Part shown: piece after piece, positions 9,423-23,325 of the stretch
Numbering within the stretch: position 1 is the first letter of the stretch
Layout: each line of letters starts with the position of its first letter
Source: an uncultured Gemmatimonadales bacterium
Lineage (GTDB): Bacteria > Gemmatimonadota > Gemmatimonadetes > Gemmatimonadales > GWC2-71-9
Assembly (NCBI GenBank): GCA_963739455.1
Contig: CAVUAK010000001.1
Location: 2,432,001 to 2,496,000, forward strand
Direction of reading: 5' to 3'
DNA length: 64,000 nt
The notes under the pieces: model-generated
Database searches by the model: none
The model's input: only the letters and a program-made list of their open reading frames with translations
What the model was told of the DNA's origin: nothing
Program-made: the position numbers and the translations under genes

Positions 9423-12400
9423 GTGGGAAACCGGACACGGAGACGGTATCGAGTGGCGGCACGACACGACAGGCGCTTGGCGACAGCGCGACACACCGGA
9501 CTGCTGTTCGGTGTGGTCGCGTCGTTGTTGCTGTCGGTTGCCGCACCGGTGCACGCGCAGATCGTGCGCACGTTCACCTCGCGCTACAACACCAACGCCA
9601 GCGGCACCGTGCAGATCGTCGGGAACGCGCTGCTCACCTGCACCGCGTCGGCGACGTGCACCGCGGCGCAGGCCGGAACCGGCGCTTCGCTGGACAACAA
9701 CGGCTTCACGATGGTGGACATCGACATCGACGGCGATGCCACCACCCAGAATTCGAGCTCGGCGACCTTCACGGTGCCGCCGAGCGGTACGGTGTTGTTT
9801 GCCGGGCTCTACTGGGGCGCACGATCGAACGCGGCGGCGCGCAACACTGTTCGCTTCCGCACGCCGGCGACCGCCGGGTACACCACGGTTACCGCGACGC
9901 AGCTCGACGCCAACAACCCGGCCTATCAGGGATTCGCCAACGTCACCGCGCTGGTCCAGGCGGGCGGCACAGGCACCTACACTGTCGCCAATGTGCAGCG
10001 CACGCTGGGGACCGACCAGTATGCCGGCTGGGCCCTCGTCATCGTGGTCAGCGATCCCGCCGAATTGCGGCGCAACCTGGTGGTGTTCGACGGCTACGGC
10101 ACGGTGCAGAGCTCCGCCACGACGGTGACGATCCCGGTGAGCGGCTTCCTGACGCCGAGCAATGGTGCGGTGAATGCGCAGCTGGGGGTGGTGGCGTACG
10201 AGGGTGACCTGGGGCAGACGGGCGACGTGCTGCGCCTGAACGCCACCAACCTCAGCGACGCGGCCAACCCGGCGAACAACGTCTTCAACTCGACGATTTC
10301 GCGGCTCGGTTCGCCGATCGGCGCCAAGCTGCCGAACTACGCCAACCAGCTGGGCTTTGACGCCGATGTCATCAGTGCCGCCGGCATCCTGCCCAACGGC
10401 AGCACCACCGCGACCATTACGCTCACCACCGGCGGCGAGACCTATTACCCCGGCGTGGTGACGCTCGCCACCCAGCTCTATGTGCCGGACCTGACCACGA
10501 CCTTCACCAAGACGGTGACGGACGTGAACGGCGGTACGGTGCAGCGCGGTGACACGCTCGAGTATACGATCGCGTTCACCAATACCGGCCAGGATACGGC
10601 GCTCGCCGTGATGGTGACCGACACGGTGCCGACCGGCTCGACCTACGTGCCGGGCTCGATCAGCTACCTCACTTCAGTTCCTGGTGGCCCACCGACCGGC
10701 ACCAAGACGGACCTGCCGGGCGACGACGCCGCCAACTATGAGGCCGGCCCCAACCGGGTGCTGGCGCGACTCGGCATTGGTGCAACCGCGGCGGCGGGCG
10801 GCCGACTTGGGCCAGGGCAGGGGTCGTCGTTCCGCTTCCGTGTCGTGGTCAACCCGGCGCTGGCGGCGGGGATGCTGGTGAGCAACCAGGCAGGGATCGA
10901 CTACACCGGGCAGACGCTGGGCGACGTGTTCAACGGGAAGAGCGACGGGGACGCCGGCACGCCGGGCATCCAGCCGACGGTCGTGACGGTGGCCGCCGGT
11001 GCCGATGTACAGGTGGGGAAGAGCGGTCCGGTGACGGGCAGCATCACGGTACCGCTGACGTACACCCTGACACTGACCAACAACGGACCCGACGCGTCAC
11101 TCAACGTGGTGGCGCGGGATACGCTGCCGGCGAGCTTCACCTTCGTCAGCGCCACTGGCGGCGGCACGGCGGTGGGCAATGTGGTGACGTGGCCGGCGAT
11201 CGCATCGCTGGCGAGCGGGGCGTCGCAGAGCTTCACGGTAACGGCGACGCCGACCACGGCGGGGTCGTTCACCAACATCGCGGCATCGAGTGCCGCGACG
11301 TTCGACCCGACGGTGACCAACAACAACGGCTCGCTGGCGGCGTCGCGGGTGACGACGGTGGTCGCGGCATTCGCCGACGTGGCGATCACCAAGACCGGTG
11401 CGGCGACGGTGAATGCGGGCGGGTCGCTGGTGTACACAATCACGGCGACCAACGCCGGTCCGGCGGTGGCCACAGCGGTGGTGGTGACGCGACACCGTGC
11501 CGGCCGGTGCGACGTTCGTGAGTGCCACCGGCGGCGGTACGCTGAGTGGCAACGTGGTGACGTGGCCGGCGATCGCATCGCTGGCGAATGGCGCATCACA
11601 GGGCTTCACCCTCACGGTGACAGCGCCGGCCACCGGCACCCTGCTCAACATCGCGGCATCGACGGCGACGTCGCCCGATGGCACACCAGCCAACAACAAC
11701 GGATCTGCGCCGGCGAGCCGAGTCACCACGACGGTGGTGGAACAGGCCGACATCGCGGTGACCAAGACGGGGCCGGCCACGATCAACGCCGGCCAGCCGA
11801 TCACCTACACACTCACGGCATCGAACGCGGGACCGAGTGCGGCGGTGGGTGTGATCGTGACCGATACGCTGCCGGCCGGTGTCACCTTCGTCAGCGCCAC
11901 CGGCGGCGGAACGCTGACGGCAACGTGGTGACGTGGCCGGCGATCGCGAGCCTGGCGAGCGGCGCGAGCCAGGGCGTGAGCGTCACGGTGACGGCGCCTG
12001 CCACCGGTGTGCTGCTCGACATCGCTGCGGGAACATCGACGACTGCCGACCCCAACGCCGCCAACAACAACGGATCGCTGCCGGCGGCGCGCGTGACGAC
12101 GACGGTGGTGGCCCAGGCGGATGTGGCGATTGCCAAGGCGGGTCCGGCGACGGCTCTCGCCTCGAGCGCCCAGGTATACGTGGTCACGGCAAGCAACAGT
12201 GGCCCGTCGGCGGCGAGCAACGTGGTGGTGACGGATACCCTGCCGGCCGCGGTGACCTTCGTGAGCGCCAGCGGTGGCGGGACCGTCGCTGGGCGGGTGG
12301 TGACGTGGCCGGCGATTGCGTCGCTGGCTTCGGGCGCGAACCAGGTGTTCACGGTGACGGTGACGATGCCGTCGACGCCGCAGGTGGTGCTGAACATCGC

Positions 12401-15400
12401 CGCGTCCTCGTCGGCAACGGCCGACCCGAACGCCGCCAACAACAACGGCTCGGCGGCCGGGAGCCGAGTGAGCACGAGCGTCACGGCGTCAGCGGATGTG
12501 CGGACGACGAAGACGGGCCCTGCAACGATCAACGCCGGGCAGAACGTCACCTATACGGTATCGGTGAACAACGTCGGCCCATCGGCGGCTGCGACCGTGG
12601 TGCTGACCGACACGCTGCCGGCGGGTGCCACGTTCGTGAGTGCAACGGGTGGCGGAACGCGGGTGGGCAATGTGGTGACCTGGCCAACGATCGCGAGCCT
12701 GGTGAGTGGTGCCACGCAGAGCTTCACCGTGGTGGTGACGGCGCCCGCGACGGGCACGCTGCTCAACCTCGCGGCCTCGACGTCTGCCACGCCTGATCCG
12801 GACCTGACCAACAACAACGGGTCTGATCCGGCGAGCCGAGTGTCGACGCTGGTGGTGGACCAGGCCAACCTGGCGGTTACGAAGACGGGTCCGGCCACGG
12901 TACTGGCGGGCGCCACCTACTCGTACACGGTGACAGCGTCGAACGCGGGCCCAAGCGCGGCGGCAAACGTGGTGGTGACGGATACGCTGCCGGCAACGGT
13001 GACGTTTGTCAGTGCCACGCTCGGCGGGACGGTGAGCGGCAACGTCGTGACCTGGCCGGCGATCCCGAGCCTGGCCAACGGCGCCAACCAGGTGTACACG
13101 GTGACGGTGACGGCACCGGGCGTCGGGCCGTTGCTCAACATCGCGGCGGGCACGAGTACCACGGCTGATCCGGTGCCGGGCAACAACAATGGCTCGGCGG
13201 CGGGCGCCCGGGTGACCACGGCAGTGACGCTGCAGGCCGATGTGCAGATGACGAAGACGGGACCGGCGAGTGTCCTCGCGGGCCAGACGATCACCTATAC
13301 GGTGACGGTGACGAACGCCGGCCCGAGTGCAGCGGCGACGGTGATCGTGCGGGACTCGCTGCCGGCGGCGGGAACGTTCGTGAGCGCGGTACCGGCGGGT
13401 GCGGTGGCGGGACGGCTCATCACCTTCCCCACGATCGCGTCGCTGGCGCCGGGGGCGAGCCAGGTCTACACGGTGACCTGGACGGCACCGGTCAACCCGG
13501 CGGTGCCGCTCACGCTCAAGAACATGGCGTACAGCACCAGCACCACCGCCGACCCGGTGCCGGCCAACAACAGCAATACCAACCCGGCCGCGATCGTGAA
13601 CACCGCGGTGGTTGCGTCGGCGGATGTCGCGACGACGAAGACCGGTCCGGCGACGGTGAACGCCCTGACCAACTACACGTACACGATCACGACCCGGAAC
13701 AACGGGCCGAGCACGGCGACGGGTGTGGTGGTGGTCGACACGCTGCCGGCCGGGGTGACGTTCGTGAGCGCCACGCTCGGCGGCGTCGCGGTGGGCAATA
13801 TCGTGACGTGGCCGGCGGTGTCGATCAACACGGCGACGACCACGACGCGCACTGTGACGGTGACGTCGCCGGCCTTCGGGACGCTGCTCAACATCGCGGC
13901 CAGCAGTGCTACGACGGCTGATCCGAACCCGGGCGACAACAACGGGTCGGCGGCGGGGGCCCGGGTGACGACGGTGGTGAATACCGCTGACGTGGCCACG
14001 ACCAAGACCGGTCCCGCGACGGTGAACGGGGCCACCAACTTCACCTATACGATCACGGTGCGGAACAACGGCGCCGGGGTCGCGACGGGCATCGTGGTGG
14101 TCGATACGCTGCCGGCGACGGTGACGTTCGTGAGCGCCACCAATGGTGGTGTGCTGGGCGCGGGCAACGTGGTGACCTGGCCGGCGATCGCGACACTGGC
14201 AAATGCAGCGACCGCGGCCCGCAGTGTGACGGTGACGTCGCCGGCCTCGGGGACGCTGCTCAACATCGTCGCCAGCACCTCGACGTCGGCGGACCCGGTG
14301 CCGGCCAACAATGACGGCTCGGCGGCGGGTGCCCGGGTGACGACGGTGGTGAACACCGCCGACGTGGTGACGACCAAGACCGGCCCGGCGACCGCCAATG
14401 GTGGGGCGAGCATCACCTATACGCTGACGGTGCGGAACGCCGGTGCGGGTACCGCGACGGGCATCGTGCTGGTGGATACGCTGCCGGCAGCGGTGACGTT
14501 CGTGAGCGCCTCGGCGGGTGGCACGCTGGGCGCGGGCAATGTGGTGACGTGGCCGGTGATCCCGACGCTGGCCAATGCGGCGACCACCACGCGCACGGTG
14601 ACGGTGACGGTACCGGCGAGCGGTACGCTGCTCAACATCGCGGCGAGCACGGCGACCAGCGTCGACCCGACGCCGGCCAACAACGACGGGTCGCTGCCGG
14701 CGGCGCGGGTCACCACGGTGATCCAGGTGGCCGACGTGGTGACCACCAAGACGGGCCCGCCACCGCGAGCGGCGGGGCGAACATCACCTATACCGTGACG
14801 GTGCGGAACGCCGGCCCGAACGCGGCGCCGAACATCGTCGTCGTGGACACGCTGCCGGCGACGGCGACCTTCGTGAGCGCCTCCAACGGCGGCACCCTCG
14901 GCGCGGGCAACGTGGTGACGTGGCCGGTGCTCGCGACGCTGGCGAACGGTGCGACGACGACGCGCACGGTGATCGTGACGACGCCGGCCACCGGGTCCCT
15001 GCTCAACATTGCCGCGAGCACCTCGGGCACCACCGATCCTGACCTGACCAACAACAACGGGTCGCTGCCGGCGGCGCGCGTCACCACGGTGATCAGCGCG
15101 GCCGACCTGGTCACCACCAAGACCGGTCCGGCGACGGTGAGCCCGGGCGGCAGCATCACCTATACGATCACCACCCAGAACCTGGGCCCGAACGCGGCGC
15201 CCGACGGTGGTGATCCGGGACACGCTGCCGGCCACGGTGACGTTCGTGAGCGCGTCCAACGCCGGTGTGCTGGGCGCGGGCAACGTAGTGACCTGGCCGG
15301 CGGTCGCGAGCCTGGCCAACGGCGCCTCCACGGTGCGCACGGTGACGGTGACCGCCCCCGCTATCGGCACGCTGCTCAACATCTCGGCGAGCTCGTCGGC

Positions 15401-18400
15401 CACGACGGACCCCAACCCGAACAACAACAACGGGTCGCTGCCGGCGGCGCGGGTGACGACGACGGTCAACCCGACCGACATCGTGACGACCAAGACCGGT
15501 CCGGCGTCGGCGACCATCGGCAGCAACATCAGCTACACGATCTCGGTGCGGAACGCCGGCCCGGTGAACGCGGTGGGCGTGGTGGTGACGGATACGCTGC
15601 CGGCGGGCCTGACGTTCGTGAGTGCCACCGGCGGCGGCACGGCGGCCGGCAACGTGGTGACCTGGCCCACGATCGCGAACATGGCCAATGGTGTGGTCCA
15701 GAACTTCACCGTGACGGTGGCGGTGCCGTTGGCGGGGTCGTTCACCAACATCGTCGCGAGCACCGCGGCGAGCGGTGACCTGAACCCGAACAACAACAAC
15801 GGATCGCTGCCGGCGTCGCGAGTCACCACGCTGGTGATCGACCAGGCCGATGTGGTGACGACCAAGACCGGTCCCGGCGACGGTGAACGCCGGCGGGGCG
15901 GTGACGTACAGCATCTCGGTGCGGAACAACGGCCCGACGGCGGCGCTGAACGTGGTGGCGAGCGACACACTGCCGGCAACGGTGACGTTCGTGAGCGCCA
16001 CAGGCGGCGGCACGGTGAGCGGCAATGTGGTGACGTGGCCGGCGATCGCGTCGCTGCCCAACGGCACGCTCCAGACGTACAGCGTGACCGTGACGGCGCC
16101 GGCGACGGGAACGCTGCTCGACATCGCGGCGAGCACGTCCACGACGCCCGACCCGACGCCGGCCAACAACAACGGATCGCTGCCGGCGGCGCGCGTCACC
16201 ACCGACAGTGGTGGAGCAGGCCGACGTGGCGACCACCAAGACTGGCCCCGCCTCGGTGAATGCGGGCGCCAACTTCTCCTATTCGCTGAGCGTGAGCAAC
16301 GCCGGCCCGAGCGCGGCGCGCGCGGTCGTGCGTGACGGATACGCTGCCGGCGGGTGTCACGTTCGTGAGCGCCACCGGCGGCGGCACGGTGAGCGGCAAC
16401 GTGGTGACGTGGCCGGCGATCGCGAGTCTCGCGAGCGGCGCCAGCCAGGGCTTCGGCGTGACGGTGACGGCGCCCGCCACGGGTACGCTGCTCAACATCG
16501 CGGCAAGCACCTCGAGCACCGCCGACCCGGTGCCGACCAACAACAACGGGTCGCTCCCGGCAGCGCGGGTCACCACCACGGTGGTGGAGCAGGCTGACGT
16601 GGTGACGACCAAGACCGGTCCCGCGACGGTGAACGCGGGCCAGAACTTCAACTACGCCGTCAACGTCGCCAATGCAGGGCCGAGCGCGGCGGCGGCGGTG
16701 GTGGTGACGGACACGCTCCCGGCTGGCGTGACCTTCGTGAGTGCGACTGCCGGCGGCACGCTGAGCGGCAACGTCGTGACCTGGCCGGCGATCGCGAGCC
16801 TGGCGGGCGGTGCGAGCCAGGGCTACTCGGTGACGGTGACGGCGCCGGCAACCGGCACGCTGCTCAATATCGCGGCGAGCAGGTCGACCACAGCCGATCC
16901 TGATCCATCCAACAACGATGGCTCGCTGCCTGCCTCGCGCGTCACCACGACGGTGGTGGCGCAGGCGGACGTGGCCACGACCAAGACCGGCCCGGCGACG
17001 GTGAACGCCGGGCCAGAGCTTCAGCTACACCCTGGCGGTGGCCAACAACGGGCCGAGCGCCGCGGCGACGGTGGTGGTGACAGATACGCTGCCGGCCGGG
17101 GTGACGTTCGTCAGCGCCACCGCTGGCGGCACGCTGAGCGGCAATGTGGTGACCTGGCCGGTGATCGCGAGCCTCGCGAGTGGCGCCAGCCAGGGCTACG
17201 GCGTGACGGTGACGGCGCCCGCCACGGGCACGCTTGCTCAACATCGCGGCGAGCACGTCGGGCACGGCGGATCCGGTGCCGGCCAACAACAACGGCTCGC
17301 AGCCTGGCTCGCGCGTCACCACGACGGTGGTGGAGCAGGCTGATGTGGTGACGACGAAGACCGGTCCCGCGACGGTGAACGCGTCGCAGAACTTCTCCTA
17401 TGCCGTAGCGGTGGCCAACAGCGGGCCGAGCGCTGCCGCAGCGTCGTGGTGACGGACACGCTGCCGGCGGGCGTCACCTTCGTGAGTGCAACCGGCGGCG
17501 GCACGTTGAGCGGCAACGTCGTGACCTGGCCGACGATCGCATCGCTGGCGAGTGGCGCGAGCCAGGGCTACAGCGTGACGGTGACGGCACCGGCCACCGG
17601 GGTGCTGACCAACATCGTCGCCAGCACCTCCACCACCGGCGATCCCGATCCGTCGAACAACAACGGTTCGGCGCCGGGTGCGCGGGTCACCACCACCGTC
17701 ATCGAGCAGGCAGACGTCGCCACCACCAAGACCGGTCCGGCGACGGTGAACGCGGGCCAGAACTTCACCTACGCGCTGACGGTGTCGAACACCGGCCCGT
17801 CAGCGGCCGCGACCGTGGTGGTGACCGACACCCTCCCGGCGGGCGTCACCTTCGTCTCAGCGACGAACGGCGGCACGCTGAGCGGCAACGTCATCACGTG
17901 GCCCGCCATCGCGAGCCTGGCGAGCGGGGCGAACCAGGCCTACAGCGTGACGGTGACGGCGCCGGCCACAGGCGTCCTCACCAACATCCTGGCGAGCACG
18001 TCGCCGACCGCCGACCCGAACCCGGGCAACAACAACGGGTCGGCGCCGGCGAGCCGAGTGACCACGACGATCATCGAGGTGGCGGATATCGTCACCACGC
18101 AAGACCGGTCCGGCCACGGCGATTGCCGCGACCAACTTCAGCTACGCGATCGGCGTCCAGAACGCCGGTCCGTCGATTGCTGCCAACGTGCAGGTGACCG
18201 ACACGCTGCCGGCGGGTGTCACCTTCGTCTCGGCGACGGGCGGCGGCACGCTGAGCGGGAGTGTCATCACCTGGCCCGCCATCGCGACCATGGCAAACGG
18301 TGCCACGCCAGGCCTACACCGTGACGGTGACGGCTCCGGCCACCGGATCGCTGCTCAACATCGTCGCGAGCACGTCGTCCACGCTCGACTCCGACCCGGC

Positions 18401-21400
18401 CAACAACAACGGCTCGCTGCCGGCGGCACGGGTCACCACGATCGTGCAGGAACGGGCCGATGTCGTCACCACCAAGACCGGTCCTGCCACGGTGCAGGCC
18501 GCGGCCCAGTTCAGCTATACCATTACGACGCGGAACGTGGGCCCGAGCGCCGCAGCGGCAGTGGTGGTGAGCGATACGCTACCGGCGACGGTGACCTTCG
18601 TGAGCGCCACCGGCGGCGGTGTGCGCGTGGGCAACGTGGTGACCTGGCCGGTGATCCCGAGCCTGGCGAGCGGCGCGGCGCAGAACTACGACGTGACGGT
18701 GGCGGCGCCGGCGACCGGATCCTTCACCAACATCGTCGCGAGCACGTCGGCGACGCCCGACCCGGTGCCGGCCAACAACGACGGCAGCGCCCCGGCGAGC
18801 CGAGTCACGACCACCGTGAGTGAGCTCGCGGATGTGGCGACGAGCAAGTCCGGTCCGGCGCGAGTCAACGCGAGCGACCTGGTCAACTACACGATCACCG
18901 TCACCAACATCGGCCCGAGCGCGGCAACGGCCGTGCTGGTGAGCGATCCGATTCCGGCCGGCGCCACCTTCGTGAGCGCCTCCAATGGTGGCGCGCTCAA
19001 TGGGGCGGTGGTGCAGTGGCCGGCGATCGGCTCGCTCGCTGCGGGCCAGACGCAGACGTACGCGCTCCAGGTACGGGCGCCGCTCACCGGCACGCTCACC
19101 AACGTGGTGTCCAGCACCGCGACCACCATCGATCCGGTGCCGGCCAACAACAACGGCTCGCCTGCCGGCGGCCCAGGTGCAGACCACCATCGAACCGGTC
19201 GATCTCGCGGTGACGAAGACGTCGCTGCCCGAGTTCCGCATCGGTACCGTCGGCACGTATACCCTCACCGTGCGCAACGTCGGCAATGCGCCGAGCGTCG
19301 GCACCATCACGGTGGTGGATACGCTGCCGGCGTCGCTGCGCTTCTCGTCGGCGGACGGCCCGGGATGGAGCTGCGGTGCCAGCGGCGCGATTGTCACCTG
19401 TACCGCAGCGAGCCCGCTCGTGGCCGGTGCATCGAGTGCCATCCAGCTCAGCGTGGACGTGCTGCCGGCGGCGGTGCCGTCGGTGACCAACACCGTGGCG
19501 GTGGCGACCCCGGGCGATACGGCGACCGGCGGCAACAACGCCTCGAGCATCGCGACGGTGGTGGTGGCGCAGAGCCCGCTGGTCGCCGAGAAGACGGCGG
19601 GGTCGGCGACCGCTGAGATCGGTGATGTCGTCAACTACACCCTGACGGTGCGGAACCAGTCGGGCCAGCCGGTGCCGGCGGTGGTCTTCAATGACCACCT
19701 GCCGCTCGGCTTCGCGTACCAGGCAGGTACGGCCCGGGTGAACGGTGCGGCGGTGCCCGATCCAACAGGCGCTCCTGGACCGACGCTCGGCTTCCCGATC
19801 GGGACGCTGGCGGGGAACGGTACGGCGACGGTGACGTACCGGGTGTTCCTGAACCCGGGTGCATCGGCGGGTGACGGCCTCAACCGCGCGCAGGCAGTGA
19901 GCACGATCAGCGGTGTCGCATCGAACACCGCGACGGCCAAGGTCGAGGTGACTGGCGGCGTGTTCACCGATCGCGGCATCATCGCCGGCAAGATCTTCAT
20001 CGATTGCGACTGCGATCCCGATCGCGTCCAGGGGCCGCGTGACATCGGCATCCCGGGCGTGCGCATCATGCTCGAGGACGGTACCTCGACCGTCACCGAC
20101 GTCGAGGGCAAGTACAACTTCTACGGCCTCTCGCCGCGGATGCACGTGCTGAAGGTGGATGTGACGACGCTCCCGCCGGGCTCGAGGCTGGCGGCGGTCT
20201 CGTCGCGCAATGCCGGCGACGGCTGGACCCGCTTCGTCGACCTGCGGAACGGCGAGTTCGTCCGCGGTGACTTCGTCGAGGTGAGCAACGACGCCGCGGT
20301 GCTCGCGGCGGTCATTGCGCGACGCCGCCAGGGCGAGATCTATGCGGCGGCGATTCCGGATACCATCCCGATGGTGATGGTGGGCGACTCGCTGACCGCG
20401 AGTGGCGACACGGTGCCCGGCACCGCGTACCAGCCCCTTATCGGCGGCCTTGCCAGCCCGGTGACGGCTGAGGGTGCGGCGTCTCCTGTCTTGCGCCTGC
20501 CGCAGTCGGAGCAGCCGGAGCGGCTCGCGCGTCCCACCGACTCGCGGCTCGAGATGATGGTACCGGCACAGGGCATCCCGGCGGACGGCGTCACCTCGGT
20601 ACCAGTGCGAGTCAAGATCGCCGCCGCAAACGGCGCGGTCATCACCACGCCGGCCACGGTGACGCTCGAGGCGTCGCTGGGCCGCTGGCTGGTGGAGGAT
20701 CTCGACGCCACCCAGCCGGGCGTGCAGACGCAACTCAAGGATGGACAGGGCGAGTTCATGCTCGCGGCGTCGCCGCGCGAAGGTGTGGGCGAGGTGCGCG
20801 TGACGAGCGGCGCCCTGGTGCAGACCGGGCGCGTGGCCTTCCTCCCGGTGGCGCGGCCGCTCACGGCGGTCGGCATCCTCGAGGGACGCATCGACCTGCG
20901 CTCGCTCTCCAAGGGTGCCCTGGTTCCATCGACACCGGACGACGGCTTCGAGCAGGAACTGAAGGACATCTCCATCTCCGGCGACAGCGGGCTCAACCGT
21001 GCCGGTGCGCGCGCCGCCCTCTTCCTGCAGGGCAAGGTGAAGGGGAGCTATCTCCTGACCCTGGCGTTCGACACCGAGCAGGACCCCGGCCGGCAGTTCA
21101 TGCGCGACATCCAGCCGGACGAGTTCTACCCGGTGTACGGTGACGCGTCGGTGAAGGACTTCGGCGCGCAGTCGTACGACCGGTTGTACGTCCGGATCGA
21201 CAAGGACCGGAACTACTTCCTCTACGGCGACTACGTGACGCCGGCGCCTTCGCAGGCGCGCCAGCTGGGTGGCTACCTGCGCAGCCTGACCGGTGCCGTT
21301 CAGCACTTCGAGAACAAGACGGTGCAGGCCAACGCCTTTGCCGCGCACACGCGGATCACCCAGGTGGTGGACGAGCTGCGCGGGATGGGCATCTCCGGCC

Positions 21401-23325
21401 CGTACCAGTTGTCGCAGCCCAACGCGCGCATGAACAGCGAGCGGATCGACATCCTGACGCGCGACCGCAACCAGCCGGAACGCGTGCTCAAGATCGTGCC
21501 GCTGACCCGCTTCTCCGACTACACGCTGGAGCCGTTCACCGGTCGCATCCTGCTGCGGCAGCCGCTGCCGAGTCTCGACGCCGAGTTGAACCCGGTGTCG
21601 ATGCGGGTCACCTACGAAGTGGAGCCGGCCGACGCCCCACAGTCGTGGGTGTACGGTGCGGACGCGCAGGTCCGGGTGAGCTCGTTCGCCGAGGTGGGCG
21701 GCGCGGTGGTGCAGGACGACAACCCGTACAACGGGCGGCAGATCTACACCCTGAACGGCAGCGCGCGGCTCGGCAAGAACACGCAATTGGTCGCGGAAGG
21801 CGCGTTGACCAATACCGACTCACTGGGTGACGGCAGCGCGGGACGCTTCGAGCTGCGGCACCAGGCCGGGAAGTTCAGCGGCAACGTCTTCGGCGCCGTG
21901 AGCGCCACGACCTTCTCCAACCCGTCGGCCACCTTCGGGGCGGGGCAGATGCAGTTCGGCGCCCGCGCCGCGATGCAGATCGACCAGAAGAGCGGCGTCC
22001 GGGCCGAGGCGCTGCTGAGCGAAGACCGGGTGAACGGCGGTCGCCGGAAGGGCGCCCTGATCGCCTACGAGCGCGCGATCTCGCGGCTGTTCCGCGCCGA
22101 GGTCGGCTATCGCTGGGCGGAGGAAACGGTCGCGCCGGTGGATACCGCGACGGCGATCACGCCGGGTGCCACTCCGAACGAGACCAACGCCATCGGCGTG
22201 AAGCTGACTGCGCTCCTGCCGAGCAAGCGAGGCAGCGCGTCGATCGAGTTCGAGCAGGACGTGGTGAACACCGACCAGCGTCGCGCGGCGGTGGCAGCGG
22301 AGTACTGGGTATTCCCCCGGCTCCGTCTCTACGGCCGCTACGAGCTGCTGTCATCCTTCGCCGGCCCGTACGCGCTCAACGGCGCGCAGCGCCTGGCGCA
22401 GGCGGTGGTGGGCTTCGACCTCGCCTACTTCAAGGACGGGCAGTTCTTCAGCGAGTACCGCGCGCGCGACGCCTTCTCCGGTCGCGAGGCCGAGGCGACG
22501 ATCGGTCTCCGGAACCGGTGGCAGGTGGCTCCAGGTGTACGGGTGGACGCCTCATTCGAGCGGGTCAACCCGATCAAGGGCGGCGACGGCGCCGAGGCCA
22601 CGGCGGTGACGGCGGCGGTGGAGTACACCCGCAGCCCGCTGTGGAAGGGCACGCTGCGCGCTGAATACAGGAACGCCATCAGCGGCGACAACTTCCTGGC
22701 GACCCTCGGTTATGCGCGGAAGCTCACGCGCGACTGGACGCTGCTGGGTCGCGGCTTCTGGAGTGCATTGCCGGAGGACCAGCTCCGCACCCGCGGGCAG
22801 CTGGGCCTGGCCTGGCGCGAGACGGACAACAACAAGTGGAACGGACTCGGCCGCGTGGAGCATGGCGTCGATCGCCTCAAGAACGGCGTCAACGGCGAGC
22901 TCACGTCGCGCCAGCTCGATATCGCGATCGCACAGATCAATTACCAGCCGATCCTGCGGCTCACCATCTCGGCGGAGTACGCTGCCAAGTGGATGCGCCA
23001 GGATGACGCCATCCTGTCGAAGACCGCCACGCAGCTCGGCCAGCTACGCGGCATCTACGATCTCGACCACAACTGGGACGTCGGCCTGCAGGGCAGCATG
23101 ATGTGGGGCGGGTCGTTCCGGAGCATCCGCTACGGTGTTGGCGGCGAGCTGGGACGGCGGCTCATCAACAACCTGCGCGTCGCCGCGGGATACAACCTCT
23201 TCGGCTTCCAGGACAAGGATCTCCGCGAGACGGACTACACCATGCAGGGGCCCTACCTGCGGCTCGACTTCAAGTTCGACGAGTCGATCCTGCCGGGGCT
23301 CAAGAAGACGGAGCTGGCCCCATGA
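9423..23325 (+). CDS. Giant surface protein (~4,600 aa): signal peptide, N-terminal tip domain, ~25 DUF11/TIGR01451-type Ig repeats, SdrD-B-like and Ig domains, large C-terminal outer-membrane beta-barrel; about 13 single-base indels
   Basis: Signal peptide ending VHAQ. Repeat consensus ADV.TTKTGP..V..G....Y.I.V.N.GP..A..VVVTDTLP..VTFVSA..GG...GNVVTWP...LA.G.....VTVTAP..G.LLNIAAS.S.T.DP...NNNGS...ARVTT continues through each frame change. C-terminal region has GIPGVRIMLEDG, FLQGKVKG.YLLTL, FYPVYGDAS, LYVRI, YLRLDFKFDE. Confidence 0.8.
11000..19200 (+). repeat. About 22 tandem coding repeats of ~372 bp (124 aa)
   Basis: AD..TKTGP-type unit starts near 11000, 11374, 11745, 12117, 12492, 12864, 13236, 13620, 13986, 14358, 14730, 15101, 15475, 15846, 16220, 16593, 16965, 17339, 17710, 18082, 18456, 18828. 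Confidence 0.9.

Noticed and set aside
11000..19200. Long regular repeat array as a possible CRISPR or non-coding satellite
   Set aside because: The ~372-bp units are in-frame protein domains with synonymous variation and no repeat-spacer structure.
19096..21786. Long antisense ORFs (896 aa here; also 23253..24788, 35087..36679, 57909..59621, 58843..60531)
   Set aside because: Shadow frames of strongly GC3-biased genes, with no recognisable motifs.
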